This document shows, one piece after another, positions 35,169-45,141 of a stretch of DNA of 54,443 bases. Each line of letters opens with the position of its first letter. The stretch's first letter is position 1. A program made the translations under genes and the position numbers. Source of the DNA: Myxococcales bacterium (GTDB lineage: Bacteria; Myxococcota_A; Polyangia; Polyangiales; Houyiibacteriaceae). The notes under the pieces were generated by a model. The model made no database searches. It was not told the origin of the DNA and saw nothing but the letters and a program-made list of their open reading frames with translations. The DNA lies in assembly GCA_012744445.1 (NCBI GenBank), contig JAAYBZ010000006.1, positions 1 to 54,443 on the forward strand. Reading direction: 5' to 3'.

Positions 35169-37145
35169 ATGACGCGTTCGCTTACCGTGTTCACCGTGGC
35201 CTCCGCCCTCGCGCTCGGCGCGTGCGGTGGAAGCTCCGACGAGCCCCGCACACCCGACCCCTCCACCTGCGCGGTCTACCTCTGGGAGCCCGGCGACCAC
35301 GAGTTCGAGACGTGGCCCTCGATGGAGTACCTCGTCGAAGATCCCTCGACGGCCACCGGCTACCGCTTCCACGTCGATCCCGACGAGTATCCGATCCTCG
35401 CGCGCTATCGGAACCACGCGAAGGTGGTGACCGAGCAGCTCCCGACGATCGACGGCTTCGGGATCAACGCCGCGGCGTGGGCCGAGTTCAGCCGCCCCTT
35501 CGAGCCCCTCGCGCTGCCCGTCTCCGACGGGACGGCGCACGTCGCGGATCCGGCGGGGCTCCTCGTCCTCCGCGAGGGCGGCGAGGCCGAGCTCTGGCCC
35601 GTCGAGATCAAGGCGATCGAGGACCACCGCGGCGACGCACGCCTCCTCCACGTCCTCCCGCTCTTCCCGCTCCCCGAGAAGTCGGACGTCGTCTTCTTCG
35701 TCACCAAGGGCGTGGAGAGCGCCACGGTGGACGGATGCGTCTCACCCTCCACCGGCGCGCGGAAGGCGCTCGAGCGGCCGAGCGAGCGTGACGCGGAGGC
35801 CATCGCGGCCCTCGTCGAGATCGGCGCGATCTCGGGTGCCGAGGACCTCGTCGTCCTCCAGCGCTTCGTCACGCAGAGCGTCTACGCCGAGTCGGCGGCG
35901 ATCGCGGCGGACATCGCCTCGCGCCCCGACGAGGACTTCACGCTCGAGATCGACGCGGAGAACGACTGCGAGACCTTCGCGTCGGTGCCGACCTACCGCT
36001 TCTGCACGGCGACGCTCCGCGCGGTGGACTACCGTGACGAGCTCGGCCACATCACGATGGACGAGAGCGGCGCGCCCGTCCGGCGCTCCGAGTACGACCT
36101 CTACGTCCAGATCTGGATCCCCTACGATCAGGGCGACGGGCCGCTCCCGCTCATCTTCTTCGGGCACGGCCTGAACGGGGACTCGCGAGGTCACGCCGGC
36201 TCCGTGCTGAGGTACGTGGCCGCGGCCGGGACCGACGTCGTGGTCGTGGGCGTGGACGCCGTCGAGCACGGCAACCACCCCGACCGCCGGAAGGACGGCA
36301 ACGAGCCGCTCTTCGACTTCTTCGCGATCGAATTCGGTGACGGTGGCCCGGGCGTCGACTCGCTGCGCCTCCGCGACAATTTCCGACAGTCGACCTTCGA
36401 CAAGCTCCAGGTCACGCGCGCCATCCTCGCCAACCCCGACCTCGACGGAGACGGCACCGTCGACGTCGACCTCGATCGCATGAGCTACGCCGGCGTCTCG
36501 CTCGGCGCGATCATGGGCGGCGAGCTCCTCGCGCTCACCGACACCTTCCAGGCCGGCATGCTCTCGATGCCCGGCGGGCGCGTCTCGGCGATCGTGAGCG
36601 ATCCGGAGAGCTCCTTCGGCGCGCTCCTCCCGGTCCTGCTCGGGCTCAACGTCGGCACCAACCGCCTCGAGGTCGAGAAGCTCTTCGCCGTGCTCCAGAC
36701 GGCGCTCGAACGGGGCGACGCGGCGAGCTTCGCGGCGCGCGTCCTCGAGGATCGCATCGATCCGGCGTCGACCGTTCCCGACGTGCTCGTGCTCGTGGCG
36801 ATCGGCGACGAGATCGTGCCCAACGCGGAGAACTACACCTTCGCCCGCGCCATGGGTCTCGAGATCGTGCCGCCTTCGCGCGCGCCCGTCACGGGCCTCC
36901 GCACGATGGACGTCGAGGTCGGCGCGCTCGTCTCGGGCAACGTCGCGGACGGCGCGGCGACGGCGGGCCTCATCCAGTTCGAGATGATCGAGACGCAGGG
37001 CGGCTCCATCACGCACGCCACGCACGGCAACCTCACCGAGTCCAAGCAGGCGGTGGAGGCGATCCTCCAGTTCTTCCGCTCGAATTGGGACGAAGGGATC
37101 GCGTCGATCGTCGATCCCTTCCAGGCGGTGCCGCTTCCCGACTGA
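35169..37145 (+). CDS. Lipoprotein alpha/beta-hydrolase (lipase-like) with N-terminal accessory domain
   Basis: LGAC lipobox. FGHGL oxyanion segment, nucleophile elbow GVSLG, GDEIVPN and late HGNL. DLDGDG Ca-binding-like loop. Confidence 0.8.
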   Translation: MTRSLTVFTVASALALGACGGSSDEPRTPDPSTCAVYLWEPGDHEFETWPSMEYLVEDPSTATGYRFHVDPDEYPILARYRNHAKVVTEQLPTIDGFGINAAAWAEFSRPFEPLALPVSDGTAHVADPAGLLVLREGGEAELWPVEIKAIEDHRGDARLLHVLPLFPLPEKSDVVFFVTKGVESATVDGCVSPSTGARKALERPSERDAEAIAALVEIGAISGAEDLVVLQRFVTQSVYAESAAIAADIASRPDEDFTLEIDAENDCETFASVPTYRFCTATLRAVDYRDELGHITMDESGAPVRRSEYDLYVQIWIPYDQGDGPLPLIFFGHGLNGDSRGHAGSVLRYVAAAGTDVVVVGVDAVEHGNHPDRRKDGNEPLFDFFAIEFGDGGPGVDSLRLRDNFRQSTFDKLQVTRAILANPDLDGDGTVDVDLDRMSYAGVSLGAIMGGELLALTDTFQAGMLSMPGGRVSAIVSDPESSFGALLPVLLGLNVGTNRLEVEKLFAVLQTALERGDAASFAARVLEDRIDPASTVPDVLVLVAIGDEIVPNAENYTFARAMGLEIVPPSRAPVTGLRTMDVEVGALVSGNVADGAATAGLIQFEMIETQGGSITHATHGNLTESKQAVEAILQFFRSNWDEGIASIVDPFQAVPLPD

Positions 37146-37148
37146 GTC

Positions 37149-38396
37149 TCAGGCGGCCACGGCGGCGCGCGCCATGGGCAGGCCCTCGGCGATGGGCTCC
37201 GGACGCTCGAGCAGGAAGTACGTGGGCGTGGGGATCTTCGCCGGGCCGAGCTCGACGATGGAGTAGCCGAGGAGGAGGCTCGGATCGCCTTCGTTGACGG
37301 CGACGAGCGGATCGCGGAGGACGGCGGTGACGTCGGCGCCGTTCTCCCCGCGGCCGTAGTCGAGCATCAGGCCGGGGAAGCCCTCGCGGAGCCCCTTCGG
37401 CGTCTCGTCGCACGGGACGACCTCGAAGTATCCGAAGACGAACGGGGCGCCGCCCTTCGTCTTGGGGACGGGCGGCGCGTCGAGGCCGTTCTGCTCGAGC
37501 CGGACGTTGTAGCCCATGAGCCGGCCGCTCGAGGGATCACGGTAGAAGACCTTCTGGAACTTCTTCCACGTGATCGACTCGACGAGGCGCGGCTGGCCGA
37601 GGCTGATGCCGCGGTAGGCCATGCCCTCGAGATCGCGCGGGTCGATCGCGTGCCCGCGGTTCATCACCTCGTGGAGCTGCTCGCGATCGAAGGCGAGGAG
37701 ATCGTCGCGCGTGAGCGGCGCGTCCTTCAGGGCGGCGCGCGAAGGTGGCGGCAGGAGCCACGCGCGGAGCGTCTCGTCGAGGGTCTCGGGCTGCGACCTG
37801 CACCAGTCGAGATAGGCCGTGAAGCTGATGTCGGGATCGCGATCGTCGTCCGGGGAGAGCCGGAGCTCGCCGCGTTTGAAGGCGCGCACCGCCTCGAGGA
37901 GGTTCTCGTGGTAGCGCTCGAAGACGACGAGATCGCGCAGCCACTCGGCGCGCGGATCCTCGCCGGAGACGATGGCCTCGGCGCGGCGCTCCAGCTCGTC
38001 GAGCGCGCCCTCGTGCACCGCGAGGAGCTGGAGGTCGTAGACGAACTGGTGCCCGTCGTGGTGCGCGCCGAGGAGGTGACGGATGATGCGCTCCCGGGAG
38101 GAGGCGAGCCCGCTGAGATCGAGCGGCGCGATGGCCTTCTCGCGGAGCAAGAAGGGGAAGCGCAGGGCACGGTTCTCGAGGAGCCGCGCGCGCACCGTGC
38201 CTCGCGGCTCGAATTGCTTGCACGTGCCGACGGTCTCCGGACGGAAGACCACGCGGTGGAGCATCCGGAGCACGCCCTGGCAGATCTGCCAGGACGTGGG
38301 CGCGCGCTCCACGAACCCCGCCGCTTCCATCAGCGCCAGGTGTTCACGGACGCGCTCGGGCTTGGCGAGCAGCACCTTCTCGATCAGGGATTGCAT
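37149..38396 (-). CDS. Hypothetical two-domain protein
   Basis: Host-like codons. Helical N-domain (WQICQGVLRM...HLLGAHHD...YDL) joined by LLPPPS to a beta-rich C-domain (YRGISLG...WKKFQKVF...LDYG...LRDPLV). Confidence 0.8.
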   Translation of the reverse strand: MQSLIEKVLLAKPERVREHLALMEAAGFVERAPTSWQICQGVLRMLHRVVFRPETVGTCKQFEPRGTVRARLLENRALRFPFLLREKAIAPLDLSGLASSRERIIRHLLGAHHDGHQFVYDLQLLAVHEGALDELERRAEAIVSGEDPRAEWLRDLVVFERYHENLLEAVRAFKRGELRLSPDDDRDPDISFTAYLDWCRSQPETLDETLRAWLLPPPSRAALKDAPLTRDDLLAFDREQLHEVMNRGHAIDPRDLEGMAYRGISLGQPRLVESITWKKFQKVFYRDPSSGRLMGYNVRLEQNGLDAPPVPKTKGGAPFVFGYFEVVPCDETPKGLREGFPGLMLDYGRGENGADVTAVLRDPLVAVNEGDPSLLLGYSIVELGPAKIPTPTYFLLERPEPIAEGLPMARAAVAA

Positions 38397-38454
38397 CCCA
38401 TGAACTGTAACCGAATGGACGCGAAAACCCAGAGGAGCCGCTGCGTCGATTGAT

Positions 38455-38928
38455 CTAGATCGGCACGAGGGCGCAGTCGATCTTCTGGCGGATCTCCTCC
38501 GGCGAGTTGCGCGTGAAGTTCTTGCCGAGCTCTTGGCGGATGCAGCGACGCGTGGGCTCGCTCAGATGATCGCGGAGGAGGCCCAAGAAGGCCGGCGCCG
38601 CGATGAGCACGAGGCGATCGAATCTTCCTTCGGCGCGCGCGTGCTCGATCTGCTCCGCGAGGAAGCGCGCGAAGGCTTCTTGGTACTCCTGCTCGGCGTG
38701 TTCCTTGTAGAAGACGTGGGCTCCGCCGGTGATGCCCGCTCCCCGATCCCGGGCGCTCTTCTTGGTCCCGAACCTCCCTGGGGCGTCGCTATTGCGCTCC
38801 GTGCCCCGGAGGTGCCCGTCTGGATGCGTGAATGCTTCGATTTCTTCTAGGGGGCTCATCGGGGTCGCCATCTCGAAGAGGCGCGCGCGTGAGCTCTCCG
38901 CCACCAAGACCCACGTTTTTGCGGTCAT
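38455..38928 (-). CDS. Host attachment protein (AtsE / baeRF12-like family)
   Basis: [41 protein letters not shown] and ELGKNFT motifs. GGAGG RBS before ATG 38928. Confidence 0.88.
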   Translation of the reverse strand: MTAKTWVLVAESSRARLFEMATPMSPLEEIEAFTHPDGHLRGTERNSDAPGRFGTKKSARDRGAGITGGAHVFYKEHAEQEYQEAFARFLAEQIEHARAEGRFDRLVLIAAPAFLGLLRDHLSEPTRRCIRQELGKNFTRNSPEEIRQKIDCALVPI

Positions 38929-39076
38929 CGTCCCTCCCACCATCTTCGTCGAGCATGGGGTCCTCCGCGCGCGATGTAAACTCGTCCCCGCCGCGCGAAA
39001 TCGCTGTACGTCCGTCGTCGAGGGTGTAGGCTGGCCCGGCCGTTTCGCGCGGCGGAACGCCGATGGAGGTCAAGGA

Positions 39077-39841
39077 ATGAAGCTTTCGGGTAATTCTGCG
39101 GTGGTCAGCGGTGGTGGCTCGGGTCTCGGAGAAGCGACCGCGCGCGTCCTGGTCGAGGCCGGCGCCAAGGTCGTCCTCCTCGATCGCGACGGGGACCGCG
39201 CCGCGAAGGTCGCGGCGGAGCTCGGCGGCGCGGCCGTCGTCTGTCAGGGTGACGTCACCGATCCGGCGACCGTGTCCGAGGCCGTGAACCGCGCCCAGGC
39301 GCTCGCCCCCCTCCGCGTGGCCGTGAACTGCGCCGGCATCGGCATCGGGCAGAAGACCGTGGGCAAGGAGAACGTGCCCCACGATCTCGACGCCTTCCGC
39401 AAGGTCATCGAGGTGAACCTCATCGGCACCTTCAACGTGCTCCGGCTGGCCGCCGCCAAGATGGCGGAGAACGAGCCCGTCGAGGGCGAGCGCGGCGTCA
39501 TCGTGAACACGGCGTCGATCGCGGCGTTCGAGGGCCAGATCGGCCAGGTGGCCTATGCGGCCTCCAAGGGCGGCGTCGTGGGCCTCACGCTCCCGGCGGC
39601 GCGCGATCTCGCGCCGCTCCAGATCCGCGTCGTGACCATCGCGCCGGGTCTCTTCGACACCCCGCTCCTCGCCTCGCTCCCGGACAACGTGCGCGACGCG
39701 CTCAGCCGCACGGTGCCCAACCCCGCGCGGCTCGGCCGTCCCGAGGAGTACGGCCGCCTCGTCCGCCACATCGCCGAGAACGGCTACCTCAACGGCGAGG
39801 TCATCCGCATCGACGGCGCCCTCCGCATGCAGCCCCGCTGA
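39077..39841 (+). CDS. SDR, 3-hydroxyacyl-CoA dehydrogenase type II (HSD17B10-like)
   Basis: [47 protein letters not shown] and [13 protein letters not shown] motifs. Confidence 0.93.
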   Translation: MKLSGNSAVVSGGGSGLGEATARVLVEAGAKVVLLDRDGDRAAKVAAELGGAAVVCQGDVTDPATVSEAVNRAQALAPLRVAVNCAGIGIGQKTVGKENVPHDLDAFRKVIEVNLIGTFNVLRLAAAKMAENEPVEGERGVIVNTASIAAFEGQIGQVAYAASKGGVVGLTLPAARDLAPLQIRVVTIAPGLFDTPLLASLPDNVRDALSRTVPNPARLGRPEEYGRLVRHIAENGYLNGEVIRIDGALRMQPR

Positions 39842-39860
39842 ACGGCGTGCCAGGACGCAG

Positions 39861-39901
39861 AAGAGCCATCGCCCCTGCGAGGGACGATGGCTCTTTTCTT
39901 T
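39861..39901 (+). terminator. Rho-independent terminator between convergent genes
   Basis: AAGAGCCATCG-C-CCCT-GCG-AGGG-A-CGATGGCTCTT followed by TTCTTT. Confidence 0.75.
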
Positions 39902-39921
39902 CCGTCACGCGGGCGCGGCGA

Positions 39922-40419
39922 TCAGGGCGCGGCTTCTTCGGCCTCGGTGTCGGCCGGCTTGCGGACGGCGGCGCGGAGCTTCGCGGCGACGTCGGGCCCG
40001 AGCTCCTGCTTGATCCGCCGGCACTCCTCGCGGTTGTCGAGCGCGTGGCTCGGGCGGAGGCACTCCTGCGCCTCGGGCGGGAGCCCGTTGCAGACCTCGA
40101 GGAACTTCTCACGGTCGACGTCGATCGGCGCCTGATCCTGGCCGAGCGTCTTCATCAGGTTGTTGGAGAGGGAGATCTGCGCCGAGTAGGCGCGCTCGCA
40201 CACGGTGTCGCCCGTCTCGGCCTCCTTGGAGTCCTTTACGGCCTGCGTGATGGCGTCGACCACCTCCTTCATCGTCCGCTTGGGGCTTTCTCCGGCGGTC
40301 GACTCCGGCGCGGCGGGGGTCTCTTCGGCGTTGGGCTCGGCGGGGGTCGGCTCCTCCTTCTTGGAGCAGGCCGCGGCGCAGAGGGAGATCGTGAGGAAGA
40401 TGACGAAGCTTCGGCGCAT
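39922..40419 (-). CDS. 4-Cys helical lipoprotein (paralogue A)
   Basis: AAAC lipobox and Pro/Glu linker. GDTVCERA...FLEVC...QEC...EEC pattern. Confidence 0.8.
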   Translation of the reverse strand: MRRSFVIFLTISLCAAACSKKEEPTPAEPNAEETPAAPESTAGESPKRTMKEVVDAITQAVKDSKEAETGDTVCERAYSAQISLSNNLMKTLGQDQAPIDVDREKFLEVCNGLPPEAQECLRPSHALDNREECRRIKQELGPDVAAKLRAAVRKPADTEAEEAAP

Positions 40420-40524
40420 GGGGGGATTCTTTCGTGTCGAAGGCAGAGGCCATGCCTAACAGCCTCGCGCCCCGTTCACAATCCCCGACGCGAGACGCCG
40501 GAGCGTGGCATCATCCGGCGACCC

Positions 40525-41925
40525 ATGCGTCTTGTTTTCGTCCTGCTGTTCGCGACGATGTCCATCGTCCCCCTGCGCGCGCACGCCGACGTCTGCGCGG
40601 CGTCGAGCGTCGACTGCCAGGCGGGGGCCCTCGAGTTCGCCGATCGCTCCGGCCTCTTCGACGCCATCCGGTACGACACGGGCTTCCTCCCCCAGGGCTC
40701 CCCCTTCCAGATCCGCGCCGCGCTCTTCCTCGGCGCGGGGACGCACGTGGGGATGAGCGGATGGCTCGTCGCCGAGCATCCCCCCGCGGTCCAGCTCTCG
40801 GCCAAGGGTGATCCCGAGGGCGGCATGCTCGAGCTCGACTTCGGCTTCGAGGCCGTGCTCCAGGGCCGCCTCGACGTCCTCGGGATCGACGAGACCTTCA
40901 ACATCCCCATCCCGAACGTCCCGCGGGATCTCCGCTTCTACGCGCTCGAGCGCTTCGATCCCTTCTTGCTCGGGGCCGCGACGCCCGCCGACGTCGAGGA
41001 CACGATCCAGCGCTTCACGCTCGTCCAGATCGATCTCTTCGATCTCATCGCGCCGATCCCGGGCTTCGATGGAGGGCTCCGCGTCGACGTGGCGGGTCGC
41101 CTCGGCGCGAGCTACCGCGGCGCGCGCCTCGAGGTCGAGGGCGTGGGCGACTTCGACGACGACGCTGGGCTTCTCATGCTCCCGCCGCACCTCCCCGAGG
41201 GCTACGGCGCCTTCCGCGAGCTCCGCGTGATCAAGCACGGCGTGCTCCAGCACCGCGGCGCGCTCGACCTCTACCCGACGCTCTTCATCTCGATCTTCGG
41301 CGTCGAGGCCTTCGAGACCGACATCGCGAGCATCCCGGTGAACCTCGGCACGAACACCACCACGGTGAGGTTCGACCCCGCGCTCGTCCGGCTCCGCTTC
41401 GCCGACGTGCAGGCCGAGCCCTCGGCCCTCGACTTCGGGGAGCTCTTCGTCGGGCAGTCGACGGAGCGCTTCGTGCGCATCCAGAACGACGGTGAGGCGC
41501 CGCTCCGCTGGAGCCTGCCCGCGTCGATCGGCGGCTTCGCCGTGACGCGCACCGAAGGCGTCGTGGCCCCCGGCGCCGCGGTGAACGTGCGCGTGATCTT
41601 CGCGCCGAGCGTGGCGGGCGTCGACGAAGAGACGCTCGTGCTCTCGACGAACGATCCCGATCGGCCCGAGGTCTTCTTCGCGCTCGTCGGCGAGGCCCGT
41701 GCCACGCCGTCGCTCGACGGAGGCGTGGGCGACGGTGGCGTCGATCTCGACGGGGGTCTCGATCCCGACGGAGGCGACGGGGACGGAGGCGATTGGGAGT
41801 ACGATCGTCCGCTCGCCGGATGCGGCTGCGACGCGAGCTCGCGGGGTGCCTTCCCGCTCCTCGAGCTCGCGTTCCTCGCCGGCGCGCTCGCGCTCCATCG
41901 GCGACGCGCCGCGCGAAAGGTCTGA
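40525..41925 (+). CDS. MYXO-CTERM surface protein with Ig-like (choice-of-anchor D/ASH-like) domain
   Basis: Signal peptide ending AHA. LDFGELFVG...I-NDGEAPL...V-FAP...L-TNDPD Ig-like domain, DGG-rich linker, and terminal GCGC + hydrophobic helix + RRR. Confidence 0.85.
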   Translation: MRLVFVLLFATMSIVPLRAHADVCAASSVDCQAGALEFADRSGLFDAIRYDTGFLPQGSPFQIRAALFLGAGTHVGMSGWLVAEHPPAVQLSAKGDPEGGMLELDFGFEAVLQGRLDVLGIDETFNIPIPNVPRDLRFYALERFDPFLLGAATPADVEDTIQRFTLVQIDLFDLIAPIPGFDGGLRVDVAGRLGASYRGARLEVEGVGDFDDDAGLLMLPPHLPEGYGAFRELRVIKHGVLQHRGALDLYPTLFISIFGVEAFETDIASIPVNLGTNTTTVRFDPALVRLRFADVQAEPSALDFGELFVGQSTERFVRIQNDGEAPLRWSLPASIGGFAVTRTEGVVAPGAAVNVRVIFAPSVAGVDEETLVLSTNDPDRPEVFFALVGEARATPSLDGGVGDGGVDLDGGLDPDGGDGDGGDWEYDRPLAGCGCDASSRGAFPLLELAFLAGALALHRRRAARKV

Positions 41926-41931
41926 GCGCGC

Positions 41932-42480
41932 TCAGTTGGAGCCGAGGAGCGCCTGGATGCGCTCGACGGTGCCGGGCGGGGCGGCGTCGATCACGGCGCT
42001 GCACTCGTCCTGGTGGGCTTGCGAGTAGCTGAGCACGATGCAGCGCTGGATCTCCACGTCGAAGCCCTCGCAGGTCTGGATGAACGCGGGGCCGTCGATC
42101 GGGCGCGCCGGCTCGCCGCGCTTCTCGGCCACGTGATCGACGAGGGCGCGCATCCCCGTGAGCGCGCGCTCGCAGTGCGAATCGCCGCGCTCGGCGTCGA
42201 TGCCGGCCTGGGTGGCCTCGGCGAGGAGCTTGAGCATGTTCTCGAGCTCGGTGCGGAAGCGATCGATGTCGGCCTGGGTCAGCGCCTCGACGTCGTCGGA
42301 GACCGTCGCGTCGATCTCGGCGGCGAAGTCCTCGGCTTCGGAGAGGGCGGAGCGCTCCTTCGGAGTCGACGCTCCTTCCTCGCCCTTGGCGGCGCAACCG
42401 TCCTCGCACCCGTCGCACGCGGCGAGGGAGAGCGAGAACACGACGAAGAAGAAGAGGGAAAGGCGGCGCGGCGTTCGCAT
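41932..42480 (-). CDS. 4-Cys helical lipoprotein (paralogue B)
   Basis: LAAC lipobox followed by DGCEDGC. GDSHCERA...FIQTC...QRC...DEC pattern. Confidence 0.8.
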   Translation of the reverse strand: MRTPRRLSLFFFVVFSLSLAACDGCEDGCAAKGEEGASTPKERSALSEAEDFAAEIDATVSDDVEALTQADIDRFRTELENMLKLLAEATQAGIDAERGDSHCERALTGMRALVDHVAEKRGEPARPIDGPAFIQTCEGFDVEIQRCIVLSYSQAHQDECSAVIDAAPPGTVERIQALLGSN

Positions 42481-42505
42481 CGTGGTTCTCCGGGGACGAG
42501 GTGGA

Positions 42506-43852
42506 TCACACCTCGAGGGTGAGCGAGGTGGGAAGGGCGTCGTGTGAGAATACGAGAACCTCGCGCGTATTAGGGAGGCGGGCGAGCTTCTTCTCGAGCG
42601 TGGACGCCTCGCCGACGACGACGAGGACGAGATCCTCCGCGGTCAGGCGCGAGGCGATCGCGTCGTTGATCGTGCGCGCGTCGACGGCTTGGACGAGCTC
42701 GACGTAGCGATCGTGGTGGGCGGCCGGGACGCCGAGCGTCTCCACCTCGAGGCGCGACTCGAGGCGCTTGCCCGAGGTCTCGAGCTCGAAGGCGTGGCCG
42801 CGGATGAGCGCCTCCTTGGCGGCGCGCGTCGCCTTCTCGGTCACGCCGCGCTCGACGAAGCGCTCGTAGAGCCGGAGCACGAGCTTGGCGCAGGGCGCGG
42901 CGTGCTCGCTCGACGGAAAGGTCTGCACGAGCATCGCGTCGCGGACCGGGCCCTGGCCGATCACCGAGCTCGCGCCGTACGAATAGCCGCGCTTGCTCCG
43001 CACTTCCTTTACGAGCGTGGAGACGAAGCCGCCGCCGAAGGCGTGGTTGCCCACCTGGAGCGGTACGGTGGCCGGATCGCCGATGCGGATGCCGCGCGAG
43101 CCGAGGACGAGCTGGCATTGCGTGCGGTCGGGTTTGTCCACGATGACCACGCGCAGGCCCTTCCGCGGGCGGTGCGAGGCGAGCTCACGCTTGGGAAGCG
43201 CCGTGCGGCCGAAGCCGCCGAAGGCCTCTTCGAGGACGTCGCGGTGCGCGCCCGCGGGCAGGGCGCCCGCGATCCCGATGGTGATGGAGCGCGTGCCTCG
43301 GACGAGGGCGTGCCGCTCCTCGAGGTGCTCGCGCCGCACGCGGGCGAGGGTCTCCGGCGTTCCGCCGAGCGCCTTGCCGTACGGGTGTCCGTGGAAGTAC
43401 ACGCCGTAGAAGGCGCGGTGCGCGAGGGCGCGATCGTCGTCGGCGAGCGACTCGACGCTCGCGATGAGGCGGCGCCGGGCGCGCTCGAGATCGGCCGAAC
43501 GGAAGGCGGGCTCGCTCAGCATCGCGCCGACGAGGCGGATGAAGGCGGGCGCGTGCCGCGCGAGCACGGCGCCGCGCACGCGGATGACGCGCTTGGAGGC
43601 GGTGATGCCGAGGCGCGCGCCGAGCGCATCGAGCTTCCCGGCGAGGGCGACCTCGCTCGTGCCGCGCGGGCCCGAGCGGAGCCCGCTCGCGTAGAGCCGC
43701 GAGAGGCCCTCGAGGCCGCTCGGATCGTCGAGCTTGCCGAGCCTCACGTCGATCGCGAGGTCGACGAGCGGGAGACGGTCGTCGCGCTCGACGAGCACGA
43801 GGACGCCGTTCGAGAGGCGGAAGGCTTCGCCCTTGGTCTTGGAGGTGCTCAT
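42506..43852 (-). CDS. M16 peptidase, non-catalytic subunit
   Basis: M16 fold cues (LSNG-V-V, HPYG-GT, GGGF-S-L-EVR-KRGYSYG) without HxxEH. ATGA overlap with the upstream subunit. Confidence 0.88.
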   Translation of the reverse strand: MSTSKTKGEAFRLSNGVLVLVERDDRLPLVDLAIDVRLGKLDDPSGLEGLSRLYASGLRSGPRGTSEVALAGKLDALGARLGITASKRVIRVRGAVLARHAPAFIRLVGAMLSEPAFRSADLERARRRLIASVESLADDDRALAHRAFYGVYFHGHPYGKALGGTPETLARVRREHLEERHALVRGTRSITIGIAGALPAGAHRDVLEEAFGGFGRTALPKRELASHRPRKGLRVVIVDKPDRTQCQLVLGSRGIRIGDPATVPLQVGNHAFGGGFVSTLVKEVRSKRGYSYGASSVIGQGPVRDAMLVQTFPSSEHAAPCAKLVLRLYERFVERGVTEKATRAAKEALIRGHAFELETSGKRLESRLEVETLGVPAAHHDRYVELVQAVDARTINDAIASRLTAEDLVLVVVGEASTLEKKLARLPNTREVLVFSHDALPTSLTLEV

Positions 43853-45141
43853 GCCGCTTCGCTCCGTTCGACGAGGACGACGCTCCTCCGCTTGGGATCG
43901 AAGAGCTCCTTCGCGAGCGAGAGGAGCTCGGGCGCCGTGAGGGCGCGCTGCCGCTCGAGCGTGGCGAAGGCGCCTTCGGGCACGCCGAGCACGAGGTCGT
44001 GGAACCCGAGCGATTCGGCCTTGCCGAGGGCCGTCTCGAAGCTCGAGAGCGTCTGGAACTCCACGCGGTTCTTGGCGCGCACGAGGTCCTTGGCGGAGAA
44101 GCCCTTCTCGAGCGCCTCGGCGAGCCTCCGATCGAAGGCCGCGAGCGCGTCCTCGGGCGAGGTCTCGGGGCGGCAGGTGAGGCTCACCTCGAAGAGCCCG
44201 TCGAGCTCGAAGGGGTTCGCGCCGCCGCGCACCGCGAGGCAGAGCTCGTCGCGGTGCACGAGCGCGTCGACCAACGGCGCGCCGCGCCCGCCGAAGAGCA
44301 GCTCGGAGAGCAGGGTGATCGCGGCGAAGCGCGGGTCGCGTGCGGAGAAGGCGCGGTAGCCGACCTCCACGCGCGGGATGGGTGTGGGGAGGCGGAGCGT
44401 CTTGCGGCGCTCGCGTTCGGGGAGGCGGCGCTCGACGCGGCGCTCCGCCGGGCGCGTGCGCGGCTTGAAGCGCCCGTAGAGCTCGCGGACGCGCTCGACC
44501 GTCTCGTCGACGTCCACGTCGCCCACGACGACGAGCGTCGCGGCGTTGGGGGCGTAGTGCGCCTCGTAGAACTCACGACAATCGCGCGCGGTGAAGCCGC
44601 GGATGTCCTCGAGCCAGCCGATCGTAGGGTGGCCGTAGGGGTGACGACCAAAGGCGAGCTGCCAGAGCGCCTCTTCGGCGGCGCCGTCGACGTCGTCGTC
44701 CACGCGCATCCGTCGCTCGTTCTCCACGACCTCCTTCTCGGTCGCGACCTCGCGCTCCCCGATGACGAGCGAGCGCATGCGATCGGCCTCGAGCTCGAGC
44801 GCGAGCGGGAAGGCGTCGCGCGGGAGGTTCTCGTAGTAGAAGGTCCAGTCGAGCCACGTCGCGGCGTTCACCTCCGCGCCCGCTTCCTCCATGAGGCGAT
44901 CGAACTCGCCGAGGGGATGACGCTTGGTGGCGCCGAACATCAAGTGCTCGAGCAGATGGGCGAGGCCCGTCTTGCCGGCGCGCTCGTGGCGCGAGCCGAC
45001 CGAGAACCATGACTGGAAGGCGACGACGGGGGCCGCGTGATCGGGCAGGACGTGGAGGCGGAGGCCGTTCTGGAAGCGAAAGGTGGAGCCCGGGAGACCG
45101 GGGCCGAAGACGAACGATCGTTCAGGAGCGAGGCGGGTCAA
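43849..45141 (-). CDS. M16 peptidase, catalytic subunit
   Basis: VGSRHE-GKTGLAHLLEHLMF (HxxEH), NAAT-D-T-Y, LEADRM, EKEVVENERR and YAPNAA motifs. TTG start overlaps the upstream TGA. Confidence 0.93.
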   Translation of the reverse strand: MTRLAPERSFVFGPGLPGSTFRFQNGLRLHVLPDHAAPVVAFQSWFSVGSRHERAGKTGLAHLLEHLMFGATKRHPLGEFDRLMEEAGAEVNAATWLDWTFYYENLPRDAFPLALELEADRMRSLVIGEREVATEKEVVENERRMRVDDDVDGAAEEALWQLAFGRHPYGHPTIGWLEDIRGFTARDCREFYEAHYAPNAATLVVVGDVDVDETVERVRELYGRFKPRTRPAERRVERRLPERERRKTLRLPTPIPRVEVGYRAFSARDPRFAAITLLSELLFGGRGAPLVDALVHRDELCLAVRGGANPFELDGLFEVSLTCRPETSPEDALAAFDRRLAEALEKGFSAKDLVRAKNRVEFQTLSSFETALGKAESLGFHDLVLGVPEGAFATLERQRALTAPELLSLAKELFDPKRRSVVLVERSEAA

